A stretch of DNA of 63,599 bases, counting the filler, from Anaerolineae bacterium (GTDB lineage: Bacteria > Chloroflexota > Anaerolineae > Epilineales > Epilineaceae), in assembly GCA_029262755.1 (NCBI GenBank). It is 7 parts of 7 records of this genome, joined end to end, with 100 filler letters (N's around TTAATTAATTAA, not from the genome) between each part and the next. Parts side by side here need not be neighbours in the genome. Positions count along the whole stretch, not along the records: positions 53,527 to 63,599 come from JAJCYU010000007.1; 6 more parts are not named here. One strand, written 5' to 3'. The translations under genes and the position numbers were made by a program. The notes under the pieces were generated by a model. The model saw only the letters and a list, made by a program, of their open reading frames with translations, did not search any database and was not told the origin of the DNA. Numbering within the stretch: the first letter of the stretch is position 1; each line of letters opens with the position of its first letter. Below, one piece after another: positions 59,521 to 63,599 of this stretch.

Positions 59521-61128
59521 ATGCCGAGCGCAGCAGGCGCATCGTGCGTTGCCGTGCTCGCGCTGGTGATGCTTGGCACCAGCGCCTGCGGCGGGGACGA
59601 GGAACGAGATGGCGGACGATTGCGCCCCACGGTTGACCTCGAGGTGGCCGCGCTGGAGTCGGCGCCCGGCGTCAGCCCGGCTCGTGCGCCGGAGCCTGGA
59701 TCGGGCGCGCTGGCGACCTGGACACCGCAATCGGGATCAGGGTCAGGGGCGGCGATCGGGACCGGCGCGACGCCGGGCAGCGTGCTCGCCTCGCCGCAGC
59801 CACCTGCGCTGATCGCGCCGACGTCGGTGATCGCGATCGCGCCGGGCGCGCCGCCCGAGTTCACGCCGCCGGCGGATATTCCGCAGCCCACGCTGCGCCC
59901 CGCCCTCGCCGTAGCGGAGGCGGGCCCGCCCGCTACGGATCCCGAGATCGTGGATCTCATGCGTCAGGTGCGGTCCGAACGGCTGCGCACCGACGTGCGT
60001 CGCTTGGTGGGATTCGGCACCCGGCACGTCTTGTCCGAGACAACGGATCGTCGACGTGGCATCGGCGCGACGCGAGATTGGCTATTCGAAGTCTTTTCGC
60101 CGACGTCCGTCGGTGCGGGCAGCCAGGTCGTCGTCCAGCGAGAACCCTTTCCGATGAGCTTCGGTGGCAGGGTGACCGATCAAGAGAACATCATGGCAAC
60201 GCTGACCGGCATCGGTCGCCAAAAGCGGCTCGTGTACATCGCCGCGCACTACGACTCGCGGGTGGCCGACGTGGCCGATGGTCAGTCGGATGCGCCGGGC
60301 GCGGACGACAATGCAAGCGGCGTCGCCGGCCTGCTCGAGCTCGTGCGTGTGTTGGGCACTAGGCAATGGGACGCGTCGATCCGGCTTGTTGCGTTCGCGG
60401 GCGAGGAGCAGGGGATGCATGGCAGCGCCTATCATGCGCCCGCGGCAAAGAGACTCGGGTTGCCGATTCAAGCCGTGTTCAACCTGGACGTGATCGGCGG
60501 CGGCGCTGATGCGTTCGGGGCGTCGATCGACGATCATCTTCGGGTGTTCAGCGGCGATCCGGACGACGGTCCTTCGCGCGGGCTAGCCCGCCATATCGCC
60601 GTGATGGCAGCGCGCTATGGGCCGCTGCGCGCCGAACTCGTTCCCCAGTCCGATCGCGAAGGCCGGCAGAGCGATCATCTGCCGTTTGCGGACGCGGGCT
60701 ACCCGGCCGCACGACTCATCGCCGGCAGCGAGGACACGTCGCGTCAACACACCGGTGCGGATACGCTGGACCGAATGGACGTCAACTACCACGCCGATGT
60801 CGTACGCCTGACCGTCGCGCTGGCGGCCAACCTCGCGTTGGCCCCCTCGGCTCCCACCGTTCCGCCCGTCGTGACGAACGCGCCGACCGTGCCGGGCGCA
60901 GCGAATGTGTCGCTGCCGCTCGCGGACGATCCGGTCGTCGTCGGTCACTATGTCGCCTGGCGCGTAGCGGGCGAGACCGCGTATCGCGGGACCGTTTGGA
61001 CTGCGCAGCCAACGCTCACGATCGACGGATTGCCGGCCGGCGCCGAGATTCACGTCGCGTTCGCAAACGTGGACGATCGTGGACACACGTCGCTGTTTGG
61101 ACCGGAGGCTCGCATTCAACTGCCGTAG
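59521..61128 (+). CDS. M28 family metallopeptidase, probable lipoprotein with a C-terminal FN3-like domain
   Basis: Lipobox TSAC. Motifs AHYDS, GADDNASG, GEEQG, NLDVIG, SDH.PF and HT..D. Start uncertain. Confidence 0.88.
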   Translation: MPSAAGASCVAVLALVMLGTSACGGDEERDGGRLRPTVDLEVAALESAPGVSPARAPEPGSGALATWTPQSGSGSGAAIGTGATPGSVLASPQPPALIAPTSVIAIAPGAPPEFTPPADIPQPTLRPALAVAEAGPPATDPEIVDLMRQVRSERLRTDVRRLVGFGTRHVLSETTDRRRGIGATRDWLFEVFSPTSVGAGSQVVVQREPFPMSFGGRVTDQENIMATLTGIGRQKRLVYIAAHYDSRVADVADGQSDAPGADDNASGVAGLLELVRVLGTRQWDASIRLVAFAGEEQGMHGSAYHAPAAKRLGLPIQAVFNLDVIGGGADAFGASIDDHLRVFSGDPDDGPSRGLARHIAVMAARYGPLRAELVPQSDREGRQSDHLPFADAGYPAARLIAGSEDTSRQHTGADTLDRMDVNYHADVVRLTVALAANLALAPSAPTVPPVVTNAPTVPGAANVSLPLADDPVVVGHYVAWRVAGETAYRGTVWTAQPTLTIDGLPAGAEIHVAFANVDDRGHTSLFGPEARIQLP

Positions 61129-61165
61129 TGGCCGCTCCGCATCCTCGACACCGCGCTGTATTCGA

Positions 61166-61606
61166 TCAGCCGGCCGCAACCGTGTTGCGTGGCGGCATTT
61201 CCCGCGCCAGGAATCGGAATAGATCACTCTCGGTGATGATTCCGATCAACCGGCCTTCCTCGACGACGGGCAAGGCACCGATCTTATGGTTGGCCATCAT
61301 CTGGGCCGCGCGCCCGATGGACTGGTCGGCTTCGATCGTGTAGACGAAGTCGGTCATCACGTCGCGCACTTCGGGGATCTCTTCGGCCTCACCGCCGCTC
61401 CAGAACGACGTGCCCTTGGGCATGGCGATCTCGGCCTGATTGATCGTAAGAATTCCGATCAGCCGGTCGCCGGACCCGACGACGGGTAACCGACGGACAT
61501 TGTTCGAACGCATGAGCTCGATCGCCACATCGCACTTGAGTTCTTTCGTGATCGTGACCAAATCGGTGGTCATGAGCTGGCGGACGGTGGTGCGGTCCAT
61601 CGTCAT
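61166..61606 (-). CDS. CBS-pair domain protein (AcuB-like)
   Basis: Two CBS repeats (VRRLPVV...LIGIL; IGALPVV..GRLIGIITESD). AGGAG RBS. Confidence 0.9.
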   Translation of the reverse strand: MTMDRTTVRQLMTTDLVTITKELKCDVAIELMRSNNVRRLPVVGSGDRLIGILTINQAEIAMPKGTSFWSGGEAEEIPEVRDVMTDFVYTIEADQSIGRAAQMMANHKIGALPVVEEGRLIGIITESDLFRFLAREMPPRNTVAAG

Positions 61607-61747
61607 ATTGGTCTCCTATGATCGCCGGCGAGCTGGGACCCCCCCGACGCTGCAGCATGAAGTATACCCTGGTCCGATTCGGAGCACGCGCTGATCTGCT
61701 GGAAACGGGGACTCGAGATGCTGAATTCTCCCAGGGGGACACGGGGA

Positions 61748-62692
61748 CTATGTGCGTTCCGCCGCCGCGTCCTTGCCGGTTGCCCGGCCCAGCCAGCCCA
61801 GGATTCCGTCGACGCTCATCGCGAACGGATTCGCCGCTTCGTAGCGTGCCAACTCGGCCGGGGTCGCGCCGGTCGCGCGAACGCGCGCGCGGCAAAACTC
61901 GACATAATCTGCAACGAGCGCTGCGCGCTCGACGCCTTCCTCGTGGGCACGGGTGACGAACGACACCACGACATCGAGCTCCTCCGCCAGCCGTTCGCCA
62001 TGCTCTATCGGGGCGGTGACGGCGCCGAAGTGCGTGAGCATGAGCCGCGCGGGCGCCTCCGCGCGCAGACGGGCGATGGAAGCCAGCCAAGCCGGAGGGT
62101 CAAATTCCGGCGGTACCGCGGGAACGGCCACCAGCCGGCTGCCGGGCAGACGCACGCCCGCCACGTCGCCCGCGAAGATCGTGTCGCCTACACGCCATGC
62201 GTGGTGATGCCGAGCATGGCCGGGGGTATCGATGGCGCGTAGCTCCAACCCGGCCACGGCGACCACGGCCTCGTCCGGCACTGGAAACACCTTCGAGGCG
62301 GGAGCCGGTACCGTCTCGCCCCACAGCGGGCCCATACGGTCGCCGTAGATCTTTCCGGCGCTGGCAAGCAGGCGCGCGGGGTTGACCAAATGCCGCGCAC
62401 CGCGCGGATGCACGTACACCGGCACGCCGCGTTGCGCGATGGCGCCGGCGGCACCGGCGTGGTCGAGATGGATGTGCGTGACAAAGGCTGCGGCCAGGTC
62501 CTCGATGCGCAAGCCGAAGGCAGCCAGACCGCGTTCGAGCGCGGGGAACGTGGACGCCGGGCCGGTCTCCACAAGGACGGCACCGCGGGGCCCTTCCAGG
62601 AGGAACGCGGCGATTGCATCGGTGAGCCCTTGATAACCAAGATCAAGAACATGGATCGTCGGGTCGGCAATACCGCCCTCGGTGGGCCCCAC
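61748..62692 (-). CDS. MBL-fold metallo-hydrolase
   Basis: Motifs THIHLDHAG, VHPRGARHL, TPGHA.HH, FAGD and THFG. GTG start at 62692 is inferred. Confidence 0.9.
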   Translation of the reverse strand: MGPTEGGIADPTIHVLDLGYQGLTDAIAAFLLEGPRGAVLVETGPASTFPALERGLAAFGLRIEDLAAAFVTHIHLDHAGAAGAIAQRGVPVYVHPRGARHLVNPARLLASAGKIYGDRMGPLWGETVPAPASKVFPVPDEAVVAVAGLELRAIDTPGHARHHHAWRVGDTIFAGDVAGVRLPGSRLVAVPAVPPEFDPPAWLASIARLRAEAPARLMLTHFGAVTAPIEHGERLAEELDVVVSFVTRAHEEGVERAALVADYVEFCRARVRATGATPAELARYEAANPFAMSVDGILGWLGRATGKDAAAERT

Positions 62693-62778
62693 GGATTCCG
62701 TCCTAGCCGCGTCGCTAGTTCGCGGGGAACCGACCCGCGGTGTTGCGTCGGCGGGCGTCGCGTCCCCGCGCGCGCTGT

Positions 62779-63345
62779 TCAGGACGAGACGCGCGTTACG
62801 TAGGCCCCGGTCCGCGTGTCGACGCGGATGATCGTACCGCTGTCGATGAACATGGGCACCGTGACCATCATGCCGTTGCTGAGCTTGACCGGCTTCGATG
62901 CACCCGAAGCGGTGTCGCCCTTGTGTGACGGCGGCGCCTCGACGACCTCGAGGTCGACCGTGACCGGAAGCTCGAGCTTGATGGCCCGACCTTCGTACAT
63001 CGCCAAGGACAACTCGATGCCGTCGATCAAGAAGGCTTCCACCTCGGCGACCGCCTCCTTGGAAAGCGCGGGCTGCTCGAAGGTCTCGTTGTCCATGAAG
63101 TGATACAGGTCGCCGTCGTTGTACATGTATTGGACACGCCGCGTCTCGAGACGCACATCTTGCAGACGATCGTTCGAGCCGAAGGTGCGGTCGATCATGG
63201 AGCCGCCACGTTCTAGGGCGCGCATCTTGGTCTTTACGTTGGCGCCGCCACGGCCCATCTTCTTGAGTTCGTATTCCGTGACTTCGTAGAGTTCGCCGTC
63301 GAGCTCGAGGACCGTTCCGCGGCGTAGTTGGGCTGCTTCGATCAT
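62779..63345 (-). CDS. efp: Elongation factor P
   Basis: Motifs KMGRGGA loop, QY.Y.DG..Y.FMD.ET.EQ, KGDTASG..KP and VP.FI..G..I.VDTR.G.Y..R. AGGAGG RBS. Confidence 0.95.
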   Translation of the reverse strand: MIEAAQLRRGTVLELDGELYEVTEYELKKMGRGGANVKTKMRALERGGSMIDRTFGSNDRLQDVRLETRRVQYMYNDGDLYHFMDNETFEQPALSKEAVAEVEAFLIDGIELSLAMYEGRAIKLELPVTVDLEVVEAPPSHKGDTASGASKPVKLSNGMMVTVPMFIDSGTIIRVDTRTGAYVTRVSS

Positions 63346-63599
63346 GGCTGCATTCCTCCTGAATTCGCTGCGGGATTGTAGGTCGAGTCGGTGTAGTGGT
63401 CGAACGAAGGTGCGCCGGCCAAGAAGCGCCGAGCGGCCAACCCCAAGGTGTCCAAGCCACAGTGATGGCGGGAGCAGGCGGGCAAGGCTTCCAAGAAGGC
63501 CTCTCCATAACGGCGTGTACCGATCCGCCCGTCCAGCACCGCGACGACGCCGCGATCCGAGGCCGTGCGCACGAGGCGGCCGAAGCCTTGGCGGAATCG
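63342..63599 (-). CDS. dinG: C-terminus of a DinG/YoaA family helicase (5' part outside the window)
   Basis: Motif VI RQGFGRLVR...DRG and LD.RI..RRYG..FL..LP. ATGA overlap with efp. Confidence 0.85.
   Translation of the reverse strand, partial: RFRQGFGRLVRTASDRGVVAVLDGRIGTRRYGEAFLEALPACSRHHCGLDTLGLAARRFLAGAPSFDHYTDSTYNPAANSGGMQP

Noticed and set aside
61748..63508. 586-aa ORF spanning efp and the MBL hydrolase (possible fusion or overlapping gene)
   Set aside because: The upstream ~270 codons are an Arg-rich alternative frame of efp, typical of high-GC DNA. Only the distal ~314 aa carry MBL motifs.

Overview
This GC-rich bacterial window is not one continuous locus. It is seven contigs joined by 100-nt artificial linkers (N44-TTAATTAATTAA-N44) at 15542-15641, 22025-22124, 29993-30092, 33450-33549, 43044-43143 and 53427-53526, so gene neighbourhoods only mean something within a segment. 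Protein style suggests a Chloroflexota (Anaerolineae-like) genome or MAG (inference): secreted enzymes with Pro/Thr linkers and a terminal IYLPxxR motif, a BTAD regulator, an HTH-NACHT protein and CinA with a degenerate C-terminus. Segment 1 has a structured ~93-bp tandem repeat, peptidase E, a di-heme peroxidase, an S8 protease and a complete class III PHA operon (two phasin-like ORFs, phaE fused to a histone-H1-like tail, phaC, phaB, phaA) behind a SARP/BTAD regulator. Segment 2 has an HTH-NACHT STAND ATPase, DinB, a BNR lipoprotein and an APH kinase. Segment 3 has secreted proteins, an M14 carboxypeptidase and a GAF histidine kinase. Segment 4 is ftsL-ftsI-mraY. Segment 5 has a 7x PPC-repeat protein, a monooxygenase-desaturase-membrane protein cluster, tilS and ffh. 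Segment 6 has tmk, gmk, priA, DinB and recC. Segment 7 has a DUF3516 fragment, EamA, cinA, SDR, DUF427, VOC, PIG-L, an M28 peptidase, CBS, MBL, efp and a dinG fragment. I recognised no rRNA, tRNA, CRISPR array or IS element. The best candidates for undescribed biology are the PHA granule system, two distinct C-terminal signatures on secreted proteins, the structured tandem repeat and the monooxygenase/desaturase cluster. All family calls come from motif recognition by eye; no database was searched.
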